NCBI GenBank assembly: GCA_040954595.2
Contig: CM082595.2
Span: 6,624,193 to 6,688,192, forward strand
Source of the DNA: Balanoglossus misakiensis
Lineage: Eukaryota > Animalia > Hemichordata
Length of the DNA stretch: 64,000 bases
Direction of reading: 5' to 3'
A program made the translations under genes and the position numbers. Below the pieces are notes generated by a model. The model searched no databases, was not told where the DNA came from, and saw nothing but the letters and a program-made list of their open reading frames with translations. Positions within the stretch are counted from its first letter, which is position 1, and every line of letters starts with the position of its first letter. This document shows, piece after piece, positions 39,601 through 54,224 of the stretch.

Positions 39601-42600
39601 ATCGATGACTTTTGTTTTCTGTGGAGTTTCCTCTGTGTGTATTCGTCATTGCAAGCACATCGTTACCGGCAACAGTTCTTTGATGACGCCGCCTGCAAGG
39701 TGCTTAGGAGAAATTGACGAATGTGCACATTTGAATTCATCTTTCTGCCATCGACTGATGCATGTACCACTGTTTTGGACGACAACGTTTCATGTCATAC
39801 TTTTCAGATATCTGAATTTTGGCGGGATTGGCATGGTGATAGGTCACGAACTGACTCACGGTTTCGATGATAAAGGTATGACTATTTTTCAGCACCACGG
39901 CAATCACTGTGACAGTCTCAGGATAGTTTACTAATTTACTACTTTTCGTCGTCCGAGGTTATTAAACCACAGACACTGCAGACTGCACGCACACAAGTTC
40001 ATTTACGCGAAAGCCCTGCAGTGTTGAGTGCATCACTTAATTCACAGCCCACGATTCCATTATCATTTAAGACTGTGTCGTCATCGCGTTCCTGCCCGCC
40101 GGCGCCGCGCGCTCCCTGGTGACTTCAAAACACACAATACACATGCATGGCGACCAAACGCAAAGTTGCTCGCGGTTGAATGAATGTCACAATGAATATT
40201 TGATGAAAAAAGGCTCACAAGTTGCAGGGGATATAGAAAGCTTGTTCTGGATAGTGTGTTCGAGAGTGTCTGACACAGATTTCGGGCAAGCATGAGAGAT
40301 GTACACTTCTGACGGAGCAAGCTTCTCCCATCGTTTGAAATTTGTAACGATTTTCTGAGTCAACGCTGTCAGCTGTTTGTTTTCATCAACCACACCATCA
40401 TTACTGTATTTGGTGTGTTGGTTTATGTCAGTGAATCATATGCCTTTTAAAGCTTAGTTCCATGAACCATTCTATTTTGTCTTTCAAAGGGCGAATGTAT
40501 GACAAATACGGGCACTTGCGAGAATCGTGGTGGAGCAGAGAGTCTCAGGAGACGTTCAACAAACACTCGCAGTGCATCATCGATCAGTATGGGCGCTACA
40601 AAGTGAAGGAATGTAATACATCTGTAAGTTACTAACCAAAAATAACCACAACGGATGTTTGGCTCAGACCAACACGAGATTTTCCCCAGCGACACTTCAC
40701 CCTCCCCACCACTGAGTGTGGGATTTGTCGTTGATCAAGTTAGACCCCTCTGTCCCCATACACATCGCAAGCAAACGCAAACAAACATATATCTTTTCAG
40801 AAAGACAAAGACCTAAGCAATTGAGTTTCCAATGGAGAAATTTGCGATATTCATCCCAAGTTCCAATCATGCATGGAGAACAAATGCCTTAATGTACATG
40901 AAGAGAAAACAATTAATGTCTTATAATATTTGTACACCAAATAAGTACTCTAAAATGCCTTTATTATTTCAAGGGAAATAACTTCCATGCTACCAATCAA
41001 TTGTCTGCATATTTATAGATGTACCCACCTAATACTGATAAATAAAGAATTTCACCCTCCCCACTTCCAACATCATCCATGTGATGGTTCAACTCCATGA
41101 GTGAAAAGGGTTCGGGTGTGTATAGCCTGGCCAATTGCAATCCATAATCGCCATTTTCAACTTGAAAACCACTTCTTAAAAACTAAATCAGCCGAGTCTT
41201 TCTTCCTACAGCTGAATGGACACTTGACCGTGGGTGAAAATATCGCAGACAACGGCGGCATCAAGGAAGCGTACAAGGTATGTTATTGTCTTAAACACCA
41301 GATCCCGCTGTACAAAATGAATTAATGATCAACCTTCTTGACCAAACGCCATGGTCATGTGTGGACCGAGAATGTTCTCCCAATGTCCCTCGAAGTTAAA
41401 TGATTGCCTGACCTCAGTACACCAAAGACCAAACACAAGCCTGCATCTATGACTATGTATAAAGTACAAACATGATAAATTCATGCTCAAAATAATTGTT
41501 ATGAGTTCTAGAAGAACCGATTTTTCAAAAATGGCCATTGTAACCGTGGTCTGCAAAGTTCAGTATAAATAGTATGGAACAGTCGTCAAACACTTATCTT
41601 ACCAACTTTCCTTAAAGCAATCTGTTGATTGGATTAACTGGCCATGGATGTAGCACCTGGCCTTAAAAAAATGAAAGATCATCACATGAACGTTTAGAAA
41701 TGTTTCACATGCTTTGAAGTCTGACAACGAGATAGCCATTTATTCAATATATGGCATTTCGTGGATTTTCTTTCTAACCACGCTATCGTTTCTTGTTTAC
41801 TGAAGGCATACCAGTACTGGAAAACACAAAGTGGTACTGGACCAACAACCGAACCGTTACTGAGACTCCCGGGGCTCGAGCTAAACCGGGAACAACTTCT
41901 ATTCGTAAACTATGCACAGGTAAGACCGTCAAAACGCTGACGTCATAAAGAAAAATGAATCGCTCGAGTAATTCAAATTCACGCGAAGCATCTTCGCCAA
42001 CTTTATGACTTCTTACGCTCACCATACATTTTCAGGTATGGTGCAGTAAATTCACGACAGAGGGCGCTCGTAATCAAATACTTACTGGCAGACACAGCCC
42101 AGGACGGTTCAGGTGAAAGAATATCTTATTTGTATTTGGCAAGAGCGCCATCTATATTCGTAACTGTCTTGCACCACTCACTTTGGCAAAAAGCGGCAAA
42201 AATAATGTCTGGCACGAAACAATTTCTAGTGGTTCACACGTGTAATGGTTTTCTTACTAAAAGATGACCAAGTGATTGATGTATGGTCTATTAAGATTCA
42301 AAATACAGTCGAACCTGTCCACAGTGGCCAGTCAAGGGACTTTCTAACTGGCCTTTATTGACAGATATAATTTATAGACAGGCCAATTAATGCAAATGTA
42401 AGTTGCACAGGGACTGTGAGAAAGTGGCCATAATAGACACGTTTCCAAGTTCAAGTTCAAGTTTCAACTGTGTAGAGGTGGCCACTAACACAGTTTTGAC
42501 TGTAATAGAAATGACACCAAATGCCAACTTGAAGTCATACCCAAGTGCCAAAAGTGTAGACTTAAAATGTTTTTTTTTTTCTTCTTGTCTTTATATATAT

Positions 42601-42711
42601 TTTTATTGCAGAGTCATCGGAGCTCTTTCCAATTTACCAGATTTTTCTCGGGTGTTTGGGTGCAAGTCGGGCACAACGATGAACCCCGCGGAAAAGTGTG
42701 AAATTTGGTAA
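24512..42711 (+). CDS. M13 family zinc metallopeptidase (neprilysin / endothelin-converting enzyme-like), type II membrane protein, gene 1, complete, ~818 aa
   Basis: Exons read by hand: 24512-24632 (putative ATG exon, less certain), 30155-30301 (TM), 31378-31482, 33042-33203, 33609-33692, 34585-34802, 34912-34977, 35244-35366, 35693-35779, 36273-36406, 36533-36797, 37236-37334, 38207-38284, 38495-38595, 39042-39097, 39540-39591, 39808-39875, 40490-40623, 41212-41277, 41806-41919, 42036-42112, 42612-42711. Total is 2457 nt with consistent phases. Motifs: [58 protein letters not shown]-terminal CEIW*. Confidence 0.95.
24645..24892. repeat. GA-rich polypurine low-complexity tract
   Basis: Degenerate (GA)n. 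Similar tracts lie at 23330-23510, 39200-39330, 54353-54440 and 54870-54970. Confidence 0.9.
26119..26305. mobile_element. PIF/Harbinger-like MITE
   Basis: TAA|GGGACTGGTCA...TGACCAGTCCC|TAA, with subterminal GGCCGGGG / CCCCGGCC also inverted. Confidence 0.8.
28828..29076. repeat. Perfect 124-bp tandem duplication (intronic)
   Basis: TGTAGTTGTGGAGATATC...CCATATGATTTTC starts at 28828 and again at 28952 with no differences seen. Confidence 0.95.
30511..31247. mobile_element. Non-autonomous DNA transposon with TTAA TSD (Kolobok-like) in an intron of gene 1
   Basis: TTAA|GGTGGCATTGCATGAAA...TTTCATGCAATGCCACC|TTAA: perfect 17-bp TIRs, 737 bp, no transposase ORF. Confidence 0.88.
33311..33430. 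repeat. Compound (CAT)/(CAC)/(CAA) trinucleotide microsatellite
   Basis: Seen directly in an intron. Similar tracts lie at 35430-35620 and 43850-43930. Confidence 0.9.
39808..39875 (+). CDS. HExxH zinc-binding exon of M13 gene 1
   Basis: [22 protein letters not shown] with canonical AG/GT boundaries. Confidence 0.97.
42306..42502. mobile_element. Tc1/mariner-pogo (Tigger-like) MITE in the last intron of gene 1
   Basis: TA|CAGTCGAACCTGTCCACAGTGGCCA...TGGCCACTAACACAGTTTTGACTG|TA: imperfect ~25-bp TIRs starting CAGT, with TA TSD. Confidence 0.8.
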
Positions 42712-42846
42712 CCATCCCAAAAGAATGGATGTGAAGAAGTCCAAAAAAGCAGAATGAAAACAGATACTTGATTTTGCGCAGAAAGACTGGACGGCAACAG
42801 TGTCGTCTGCCGACAAAATGTTGCAAAGACTTATTTGCATGTTGCG

Positions 42847-42852
42847 AATAAA
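42847..42852 (+). terminator. Candidate polyadenylation signal of gene 1
   Basis: First AATAAA, ~135 nt downstream of the stop codon. Confidence 0.5.
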
Positions 42853-45601
42853 TGTATAATAATTTTGAAAATTGTCACTGGGGTATGCTATTTGTGATCA
42901 TTTTGATGCCCAACAATAACTTTGGTCAAACATTGTCCTCAACGGCCAGACTGTGAGCATAAATCCCCTCGATTGTCCTAAGCTATGCTCAAAGCACTGA
43001 CGCATGATGTGTTGACAAAACTAAACTTGCTTGAGACGTTGTCTTAATGTCTAGTGTATCTACGCAGCTAAAATCACTTATACTCGTTGTGTCCTACATG
43101 TATTTACAGGCACATGGTGAACAAACCAACGATACCTAAGTGCATGGCCATTTAACATAAAAGTAATTGATTGAAAACATGCATCAAATGCATTTGTATA
43201 TTTTTAATTCTGGGAGCATTGCTCCAAACGTGGGTTTGGAGTGTTGCCTAAAATGAGGTCAATTGTATTGTTTATGTGTCATTGGAAAAACGAGCTTAGT
43301 AACTGTAGCAACAGAACATGTTAACTCACTCAGTCACCACAACTCTCTTATCCTTGTGCTTGCATGTAACATAATATTAAATACCCCAAGTGTAAAGTTT
43401 AGTGGGGGATGTACCAAACATTATACCTCCGCAGTATTCACACACTTAACCTATTCTCGGGTGGATAAAGAGTGGGCTGGTACAATTACATAGAATTACT
43501 TCTCGAAGCAATTATAGACAATATATGGTGTCGAATGTGTGTCCCTGCAACGACCCGTGATCAACGAACTGTGACATTTTTTCTCGACGGTCAAAGGCAT
43601 GCATCACTAGCGTTATGATTTCTACTTCGAATTTATGGGAGTCGTTCGACCAAGGCTCCTTCGACCACACTGGTTGCCATGTAAGCGCGCACTATAAGCT
43701 GAACTCTAAGTCTGAATTTTTCCCAATCACTGCAAGATGTGACGTCATTAGACCGCCAGCAAAATTATCCCCAAAACCTCAGAGCACAGGAAATAGTGGT
43801 CTTAACCCTTCTAAAATGTGTGATTAAAGTCCCAGCGCATCATTACTGCCACAATCACCATCACCACCATCACCTCTAAACCAGCACCATCGTCACCAGA
43901 CAACCACCGCCACCGCTGCCACCACAACAGTCAGATACACACATGACAAGTGATCCCATACACAACTTCCGGTATACATATCTCAGATGGGAGCTGAAAC
44001 TCGCGTGTGGGCTGAAGCAGTTTCGGATAATATTCTATCAAAACGTCCTTGCACCAAAAATACTGGCACTACCCCGGCCTCCAACTGCGCACAAAAGTTA
44101 GTGACCAAGTTGAACTTTCCCTCGCTTAATTTTGACCAGGTCCCTACCAGTCTGTCAGACGCGAACGAACTATCGCTGTACAGAAATTGTCTGTAGAGTG
44201 AATATCTTCTCGTAAAGTATCAAATAATGAGTCCATTCACAGCCACAGAAATTTAGTGATGACAATGCAAGAACCAGACTGATGTTGTCTGAAGTCAACT
44301 CTCTGTCGGCCAAACTACAATTTGTGACTTCAAAACGCTCGACCAGCGACCCCCACACCTCATATGTGTATCGTGACTCTCACACAAGAAACGCTCAGTT
44401 TAAATGATTGATGGCGTAATTGCACTAATGGCAGGCCACAGAAACACATTCCCTTGACAACGTTACTGCGAGTACGACGTATAGCATGAGAATGGGGTTT
44501 CAAACGAGCGACACAAGATAACCCCAAAACCGTTAGTTCTCTGTTATCGTTCACAAGAACACTGACATATAGGTCTTTAGGAGAAAGGGCAGTTTGCGGT
44601 CAAGTATAGTGGGCACTTTGCCGAGTCCAGCGCAACAAGATCGACTTTAATGCGTGTAAATAGACGTGTTTACTGGGGTGGCAGTAAATTACCGTTATGT
44701 TCAAATATACGCGATCGCAGTGGTCAGTTTAAAGGCCTCTGTTTATGTTTTATGTGCAGGTCTAAACTCGTGCAAGCATTTTGAATACCAGTCGACGATG
44801 TCTTGATCATGCGCAAAGATTTAGCGTAGGAAATGTATTAAAGCTTGAGTTACTGAATAGTTTAGACTTTTTCCTACTGCAAGAAAAACTATACGTCAGA
44901 CAAAAATGTACAGATGTACGCAAGGCCCGGTTTTGAGTGTGTTTTCGGCGTACATGTAGTAATATTTGTGATGGTTCCACGTTGGTTTTGATAAGAAGCG
45001 CGCCATTGAAAACATACTACAGTAAGAATGGGATACAATAACTGAAGTAAATAGTATTTAGTTGGAATTAAATATATTTAACGAAGGAAATACCAGAAAC
45101 AACGTTTCGTCGACTCGATAGCAGCCACGATCACGAATATCATCTGTAACCAGGAATTTAATTCAAGAAGCTAGAAAATTTTCGAAGTCTCTTGCTGGCG
45201 GTGTTTCTAATCTCTATGGAGGATTTGCCTGAACGTATCTCTGGTATTACATGGCTGCATATGGACTCTTTCTTTCTGAGTCATCATATAAGATTGCGTT
45301 AATCTTCTGGGAAGGAAGTGAGCTTTCACTGGAACCGATAGGAGAAGCGTAGACGGGGCACTCTATTAGATGACATATCGTTTTTCAGGACGAGATTGGA
45401 AAGGTCGGATTACCCCCAAGTTATCGGACGTTTTTGCTCCGTGTTATTTGAATCGCCATTCGCTGATTAGGGAGCCCAGCAGTGAAGTAATTGTGTTTAT
45501 TTTAACTCAGTGAGGTGAACAGTCATTGTAAAAGTTCATAAAGACACTGGACAAAATTATCACGCGCAGTGGAAATAATAGAAAATATTACGAAAACAAA
45601 T

Positions 45602-45604
45602 CCT

Positions 45605-45638
<34 letters not shown>

Positions 45639-45686
45639 TTCCTTCCTTCCTCCCTTCATTCATTCATTCATTCATTCATTCATTCA
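45602..45686. repeat. (TTTC)/(TTCC)/(TTCA) tetranucleotide microsatellite
   Basis: Seen directly. Confidence 0.9.
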
Positions 45687-46449
45687 AGTTAAGTTAGTGA
45701 GTCAATTCGCCGACATGTAGATGTTTATCATATGTCAACTTTTAGTTATGTATCCTGTTATAAAAATGAAAACTCTCAAAAATCAGTGGTTTTCAGATAA
45801 AAATCTTAACACTATGTGTGATGATCGTGGCAGACATATAATAATATACTGCAATCGGGTCGTATTCCTTTTCCCTTGGGAAGAAATTTAACCACTGGTA
45901 TTCTCCTAAATCTATTATATGATTATCGACACGTGACCTTGTGGTCACAAATAAAGTTCAGTGTTTGACTACTTCACTCATGCTTTAGCGTTGAAAAACC
46001 GATTATCAATCTACTGTACCATTATTTACATACACATGTATCTGAAAGCAAGCCGCTAGTAGTTCTATACACTATCGCAAAATGAATCAAGGATGGTCTG
46101 TTTGTTGATATTTTCAAGGTTTTGCACTTACATGCAATGTTTTGACGAGAATCCACTGTTGTGAAGAAGTTAAAGAGTGATTGATTGCAAACTACTCTGT
46201 GATGTATTAGGGGATCTGGTGACAACCGATATCCAACTGCCGGTCAGTCGGTCACCCCTGAGGCTTTCAGAAGTCCCTACGGCGTACATTCACTTTGGTT
46301 GTAAACGAAAAGATTCGAAAACTGTTTAAGCTTGAAAACTGGTCTCGAATGATGGTACACTCGACAAGAAAGCGAATTTTCAAGATCCTAATGTATTAGC
46401 ATCTGACCGTCTGTTTATGGTATTAATGCTAAACCTCCTTCACCATGAC

Positions 46450-46644
46450 AAAACACAGCACAATACAGCACAGTGCAGTACAGTACAATACAGTACAGTA
46501 CAGTACAATTCAGTAAAGTGCAGTGCAGTACAGTACAGTACAGTACAGTACACTACAGTACAGTACAGTACAGTACAGTACACTACACTACACTACACTA
46601 CACTACAGTATAGCAGAGCACAGCACATTACAGTATAGTATAGT
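46450..46644. repeat. (CAGTA)/(CACTA) pentanucleotide microsatellite
   Basis: About 35 degenerate units; explains the QYSTV-repeat ORFs. Confidence 0.95.
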
Positions 46645-49600
46645 GCTCAATGTAAGAACGCAACTGAAGAGAAATGAAGATTTCCATCCACAAAACCAAG
46701 AACTCGAGGGAGACTTTTCTGAACTGAAGCATTTCACTGGGATCTCTATATTTACAAGCACGAGCACACGAACCAGACAGCTTACATCTTACATATGTCC
46801 AATACTCTACCACCTCAAGAGGGCAAGGATGTATAGGATGACAGCGGAGCGTAAACTTTCCATTTTTGGCCGACATATCCCCGCTGTGGTTACGTCAACA
46901 CCGTAGGGTAAGTTTCCTTCCATGCCGACAGATGCAGACAGCCGCCCGACCACAGATATATCGGGGAGGGTAAATGTACGTCCATTTTATATCACAAGGG
47001 TAGCCATGGGTGTCTTTGCTTAATTGTGAATTTCGTTTCAAACCAAAGTTATAGGGTCTATGAATAAATGTAGTCAAAACTAAGAGATGAGTGTCTGGTC
47101 GTTACAACAATTGTACAAATTGGGAACTGAATGAGTATAGCTTTGAAATAGCAAGTAATGTCTGCTCCAAGACCAGCAATGCGTACATCTAGGCATTACA
47201 CCAATGGAAAAGAGTGTGCACCTTGGCGCGAAAATAGACACATGCCAGCAGATTTGGTCGTGTCTAAAAATTCTCCACCACATTATTGTCTGGAAAGACA
47301 CCATATGTCCATATTGTTCTCTAATAACGGGGTACAATTATACTGAGAACGGCCAGATAGTTGCTGGTCTTGTCGTCACATCGACGCGACGTGTTTTCAG
47401 CATTTGCTTTCCCCCGCTAGTCGGCTTGGCGAAAGAGTCTCTCTTGATGTGGACACGATTATTGAAGATACGAACGACAAAACTCGTAAGTTGGTTTATT
47501 TCATGACGTCAAGAATATGTCGAGTGTTGCCTTTGAGGAATCCATACTTTCTCAGGTTGCCATGACACCTCGACGAAACGTTTTATCAAAATAGTCGAAA
47601 AGTCAATGACCGACAGTGGATAGGCCATGTCGAAAATAACAGCCTTGGAATTAACGTGTTCATATTTATCATAAATTTATATTTTCTTCTCAGAAAACAT
47701 TGCCTGTTATAACAGCAAAACGGTACTCCTGTGTAACTATTACAGTTCCAATATGGCTGCCAATATGGCCGCCAAATCTTAAAGAGTAAACTCCATGGCA
47801 ACATTTGAATAGTTAATTGTAAATGCCATAGTATTCAACGTCCATAGCTTTCAAAATGGCGACCAAATTCGAAATAGTGGAAATTGAATTCTGTTTCCCC
47901 CCTGAACGAATGAGTACATGTATGCAACCATATCTGGTGAGCAGACTGCATATATTATAGAAGAACTCGTGTGGAACGCAGTCGGTGGCTTCTGACACCG
48001 ACGTGCTGACAGATAGGTATTTTAAACTGCGCAAACACTTCAAAATGTTAAAACAGATCTTAAACAAACAAAAGTATATGCGACGAAAGGGAATCGGATT
48101 CACGTATATTTCGCAGTGCGGTGCTCGAGTAACTGACAACAAAAATGACTGAACTATGAATAGTCAAAGGGGAAATATTTTGTGGTAGGGTGAGTCAGAG
48201 ATTGTACAGTCTGTAAATGTGGTATGCATAGGTGACCGTATACCTTTAACCTGGCTCGAACAATTTTTGCCATCGAATAGTTGAATTGACTTAACCATGA
48301 CCCACCGAACTACATTTTCCTATACGTCATGCCTGCAGGGATTTTGACAATAATCTTAAGTGAAAGTTAAATATAGGCAACTGTGAAATGTATAGTTCTA
48401 AACATGTTTTCTTTTATAGGAAAACGCGGTTTCCTGCAGATAGTTTTCTGCAACCGCAGGCTTCAACGTACGCGCTTTTGATTGTTGGTTGATTTTAATT
48501 TCAGTCGCGATATCATTCGAGGGAATCTGAGAATAATGATCGGCACATATCTCCGTTTCCGCTCTGCGCAGGTCAAAGGTCAGTCGACCAAAGCTGAGCC
48601 AGGCAGATTGGGTGTGCTTTCGAGCGGGATGTTTTAATCTATGTCAAACATAACTCGACTGATTAGCCGGCAATCTTAATCGCCTCGGTTGCTAAAAACA
48701 AAAGAGATAATTGACGTTGGAAATGTTAACCCTATGGTTTTCTAGACTTTAACTACGACATCGTTGAATATCACAAAAACAAGTAATTTGCACTGAGAGT
48801 TAGATTTGTATCATTAATTCACAGACTCTCTCAGTGAAAAATATTCGATTAAATTCGGGGTATTGAACGAATCACTTCAATATGGACTACGTACGCCCCA
48901 TAAATTTGTTCTATGATTCATGATTGTCGCATTGTATTTTATGATTTCTGAACGGCGTTGGAAGGGGGAAAACTTGCAATCGTCCCAGTAACAACACGCC
49001 AGGTCTATGAGCTACACCCTGAACACAGTGCTTGCTGGCTCATTCGACTGAGTTCGCTTGACAACGACGGACGTTCTTTGGGTCTTCGGAATCCACCGAG
49101 CTTTCCCGATCAAGTGCACACTCTGAAGTCGTTATCGTAACCATATCTCACCGCAGGACATTACTGCGGGCGAACGGGCCGTTTAATTCTAAATAACTAC
49201 TCCCTATTTCGCAATTAACAATCCGAGCAAAGGTCAGTTGGAGGGGTCACCAGAAAAGAGACTCTCGGAGCGGCGGCTGGTTCTCCGTTGCACTCATCGA
49301 GCAAGCCAGCGTTAAAAACTCAACGGGGTTTTTAAACGAGTGGATCTTTTCGGAAGCGTGCAGGTTAGTTCAATTTTTGGTATACCACCAGTATATTCAG
49401 ATACAGAGAGCATAAAGGTGCTCTATTTCTTAAATTACGGTTTAAGTTTAATCTTGCGCACCAATGGCGAAGTACGACATCACGCGAAACAAGTTCAACA
49501 AATTTTCATTTTCAACGACTTCAATACCAGATCTCGCTGGTAAACTTCACTCGTGTTGTTGTCTTGTGGCTTAATCGCACAGAGGAATTTGACAAGCATT

Positions 49601-52600
49601 TTCTTTCGACGACTTTCGGGTAAGTTTTTCTCTCTCTCCATTTTTTAATCTCAAGAACTCGCATCATGGAATGTAATGTTTTAAAGTAAGGAACTTGATC
49701 ACACCAGATGTGTGGATTGGTGGCTGGGACCTCGATGACACGACTCACCCACCACACGCACTAAATTTAGCCTTTACTGAACTTTCACACACGCGTGGAG
49801 TTTAGCGAGACCGCGGCGCGATGTCGCGTTCTTCGCGAATTTTGCAACGACGCAACACGATTTCGAGCCAGCGCCTCTTTGCATTTGCCCGGGTGGGCTA
49901 GTGACGCACGCCCCTTATTTACGTAACAGCATGAAAATAATTGTCCCCCTCCCCTCAAGTTTCGGGCCATGTTAACCCTACTTCCGTTCGCACCGATTTA
50001 AACCACAAGTAAAGATTTATATAAGGGATACGAGACTTCAGGTTAAAAGCCTGAGCGAGAAACATCTTTAATGTTGTTGGTTTTTGGGGTGCATGTTTTT
50101 TCGACCCAGAGTTCGTTATGTCACGGTCTAGACAAAGCACGACTCACAATCGTGTCGCTTGTTTCTGCGATTTGCGTCAAAACATGATTCCTAGTCCAAG
50201 ATAGAAAAAATAGTTTCTTCTGAAACAAAGTTGTGAAATTTGAAGAGCATGGATGTGACACATGTTAGATTCAAAATGTTGCCCACATCAAACTAAGAAT
50301 GTATTCTATCCATTTACTCAGTGGGCCTGAGCTTTACCTTATAGCAAGAAATTTGTATTTACAGGCGCACCGTTATTAAATTTCCATGTGTTAACCCAAG
50401 ACAGTCAACATAACATTGATATTTAAATCAATAAACGGATTACTTTTAGTCTCCCCAAGTCTAATACATTGCATGTCCATACATTCAGATGTTAAAATCT
50501 CACGAGCTGCCAATTTTTGCATTATTACTTTTATGTATTTACTGCCAAACTTAGATTGAACTATTTACTTAAGATTATGGGTATACACAAACATGTTATC
50601 AGCCCCTGAGTGTTGCTATGCGTTTGAATGAGAGCAAGTTAAGTAATAAACAAGGTGCGGTACCCGTTTATTCAGCGTCTCGTCGCAAGAGTACACAACT
50701 ATATCATGGTACGCGCACATGCGCATTGGAATCTTCACAAATTCAAAATGGCGTCGTCCATCGGCTAAAGATAAGGAGAAGTTAGCAGTATTTTATCGTT
50801 AACGAGGAGAAGTTGTTCGTCGACCGTTATATAACGGTTTAATACGATTGTTGGAGTGGTGGATTATTCCGCGATATCGCACAAGGTCCCCGAGTTGTGT
50901 GCGCAACTCGTAAAAAAAGCCTTCGCGTCGGACACTCATATTAACTGAATTCTGACAGAATCTTTGGCGATGACAACATTGACACAGAGCAGACATCCTT
51001 GAACTTGACATCAGCATACTTTCCTTGAAGATATATTGTGAAATAATCGCTTTTGAAATGCGCTCCACACTTCTCAGTGACCGCTCGTGTTAATGCCTAA
51101 GTTTACATTCTTTAATTTTAACAGCACACACGGTAGCGTGCGGATCGCTCCTCTAATCTTATTTAAACAAATTAATACCATAAAAGTGACCAGGGCCCTT
51201 TTTTGGACAATTTCTTGATTTATAGAGCATTGAATTCAACGCGTTCATCTCGCGTGGACGATAAATTTATGTCGCAAGCGTAAATTATATTATTAGGGGT
51301 CGTTAAATTTTGACATGTTTGGTTGCAACTTTTTTTCACTGTGTAAACAGGAGTTATTTTTTGAGAATAGGAGCACCAGCCAGGCTACGGTGTTGTAGTA
51401 AAATTATATAAGATGTTGGGTCGAGGACTCTAGCTCCTCGCATAGGCCACAATTTCTTGTTCTATTCCCTGTAATGCGCTAAATAGACCACTTTCCAAAC
51501 TCCACGAGATGAAAATTTAATATTAAGGCTTGCTTAGCTAAATGATATGTGTTATTGTTTTCATAAGAAAGGTCGTTCAATATACAGTTTGTGTCTATAT
51601 TGCGGCTTGACAGGCGTTTATAGGTTGTTGATATACTAATACGTCCAAATTATATTTATGGTAAAACGTGCCTCGAGGCGATATCATAGATAACACCGCT
51701 CCTCATTCTGGTTTCCATTGAGGCTCGAAGGTGAATACTTCAGCATGACTCAACAAACTACAATGTTTAGATGAAAAGAAGTGGTTCACAGATAAAGTCA
51801 ACTAGCCGAAGGGGATGGGAACCGGTTGTCGTCAGTTTTCATGGCGATCCCACGACGCGATTTTGGTCGACTGGACGACACAATGTCGGCCATATGGGAC
51901 GGTCGGAAAATTAAACGTTGGTTTTTTTTCGCGTCGACGTCGTGGTCACGTGCAAAAGTGTGCATAACTCCTTGCTTGGGCTATTTTTGTACCAACGCGC
52001 GCCCTTTTTGGAAATTCCAGCCGGTTAGGGGTGACGTCATAGGTGAAACAAGCGACCTTTTTGTCGAAGAGAGGTTATCAGAAAATTAATCATTTGGTGT
52101 CAATCATATTTAATGCAGAACTCGAAATTGGTTGGCAGTGATGAGCTGGATCTCTCGCGTGACTAAAGCAGATTTTTTTGCGCGCGCGTGGATGATCAGA
52201 CGCGATCATTCCATAATCTAAAGATATCTGAACTTGTCAACGAAATTTCAAAGTGAAAGTATGATTTAATGAAAGTTTAAACTGTATACAACTTTCTCAG
52301 CAATGACCACTCTTTTTTAAAAGTTGGCCAGGAGTAAATAGTTTGATTGTGTACAACATTGTCTGATTTGGGCAAAGTCATGTTGTTTGGACTAACAACG
52401 TTAACTGCGACTGGAGAGAAAAGTACATGCCTTTGCTGATCATGCGTAAACAAACGTTGCAATGAAATTGAACACGGGTATATATAGTTTCTGTTCTTCG
52501 TACAAAAGAAGGTTCTGTCAGTGTCAATTTCAATTATGTTCGCCGGTGATCGCCAGGATTTCGTTAGTTTTTTTAAAGATTTTCTCGGCGCACGTGCAGC

Positions 52601-53918
52601 ATCAAACGCGCGTAGTGACCTTCACAAGGTCAAATCATGAAAAGTGGCGCGGTTTCTGGAGGCCCGTTTTGAAAGAAGAAATCAGCGAAACTCGACGACC
52701 CGGGGATTTGTTTCAAAGATCGGGGCAGGGGGGCAAAATCTCACGTCAACATGTAGGATGTATCAAAAGACCTGGACCGGCTAACGACAGATCGTGTCAG
52801 AAGTTCTCATACGGAGCACCCGGCCGCAGAGATATCGGTGACAAATCGGTCATCTTGATTTCTTCTGCGTGTGCATATCTTCCCCCAAACCGCGCGTGTG
52901 TGGTATTCGCTGTGCGTGTAATTGAACTTATGTTAAGGAATTAAGTTTAAAGATAATGGGGCAATCACGCGATCCACATATTTGGAGGTTGGCTCGTTTC
53001 AGAATGGGACCATCGTGGTTTGTTTCTCTCTCCATATTATAATGCGCCAGAACTTTTCAGTCTGATTAATACTAGTAGAACTGAACAAAAGCGGGATTTT
53101 TTATAATCTTGCCCCGGGGAAAAGAGGTCGGGTCATGGGTTCTGAAGGAAACGAAAGTTCCGAATTCTTAACTTTCTAGCGGAACCACGTGATATCTCCT
53201 GTGAATTGAACATGCTGAGCGACTTTCATGCTGAAATACGTCTCCGGGGGGGGGGGGGGTTACTCCTACACACGAAAGGTATATCGTAGTCAGGTTAGCA
53301 TCTGTTTGGTCTACTTAGAGATGGCAAAGCAAGGTATTCACAAAAATACAAGTTTTTGCTATGCTTGGTATGTCTGTCTGCACGGTTAGGATTGGGTCGA
53401 GAATATAAAAACTCCGGTTCAAAACTAACCATGACTATTCCCATTACATGCATGGGGGCACAGCCCGTTCGCCAAAGGCAAAGCTACCGAACAACCTCAA
53501 GAATGTTGTAAATGTTGTACTCAGCGAAAAATGTTTCAAATAATCTAATTCAAGCACTCTAAAAATCCCCATTTTCGTCATCCCGGCCAATTCTGCTGAG
53601 GTGCTTCGACGATATATTCTAAAACTGCCATCAACTATAAACTTGCGCAATGCAAGGTCATATCTGACCAAAGGTCACTCGCATGCAAATGTCACAACAG
53701 GTGGCGGGGATGCGGCTTTCTAAAAACAAATACACCGGGCAGAACAGAATACACGCAATTCATCATAGATGGTATGACAAGTCATCCAACGTCTGTCCAA
53801 CGATATTTGCATTGTGACTAATTCCATCGTTAAAGATCGTAAGGTTGCGTTGTTGGTTTATACGCAATGTCAATCCCGCGGGCAATATTTTAATTGCCAT
53901 ATGTTTCCCCATGTACAT

Positions 53919-54224
53919 CCCGGGGGTGTACAGACATATGCCGCCCGGATGGGTAACTTTTTGTTTAAAAAAATCCCTAAACCTGGGTCGAATTTTTATC
54001 CAAAAACTAAACATAGCATAGGAATGCCTTCTAAAACCTTGTAGCCTTGAAATGCCTTGTAAAACCACACACAGCAAAACTAAGGGACATTGAACCAAAG
54101 CTATTCCAAACTTCGACTAGAAATTCCAAACAATGGGTTAATTTTTGGAGTATACATGGGTTGGTGTTGTGTACTTTAGCCGCAAACACCTTAATATGTA
54201 AATATTGGGAGAGTACCCCCGGGG
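53919..54224. mobile_element. Unclassified MITE with CCCGGGGG termini
   Basis: CCCGGGGGTGTAC...GTACCCCCGGGG, flanked by ATGTACAT / ATGTACTT (near-identical direct repeat). A similar terminus lies at ~53244. Confidence 0.65.

Noticed and set aside
39888-39900. RE1/NRSE-like half site TTCAGCACCACGG after the HExxH exon
   Set aside because: The right half (ACAGCGCC) is missing; a single partial match cannot be told from chance.
43370-43570. Possible antisense tRNA-derived SINE remnant
   Set aside because: Too degenerate; no clear A/B boxes or TSD.
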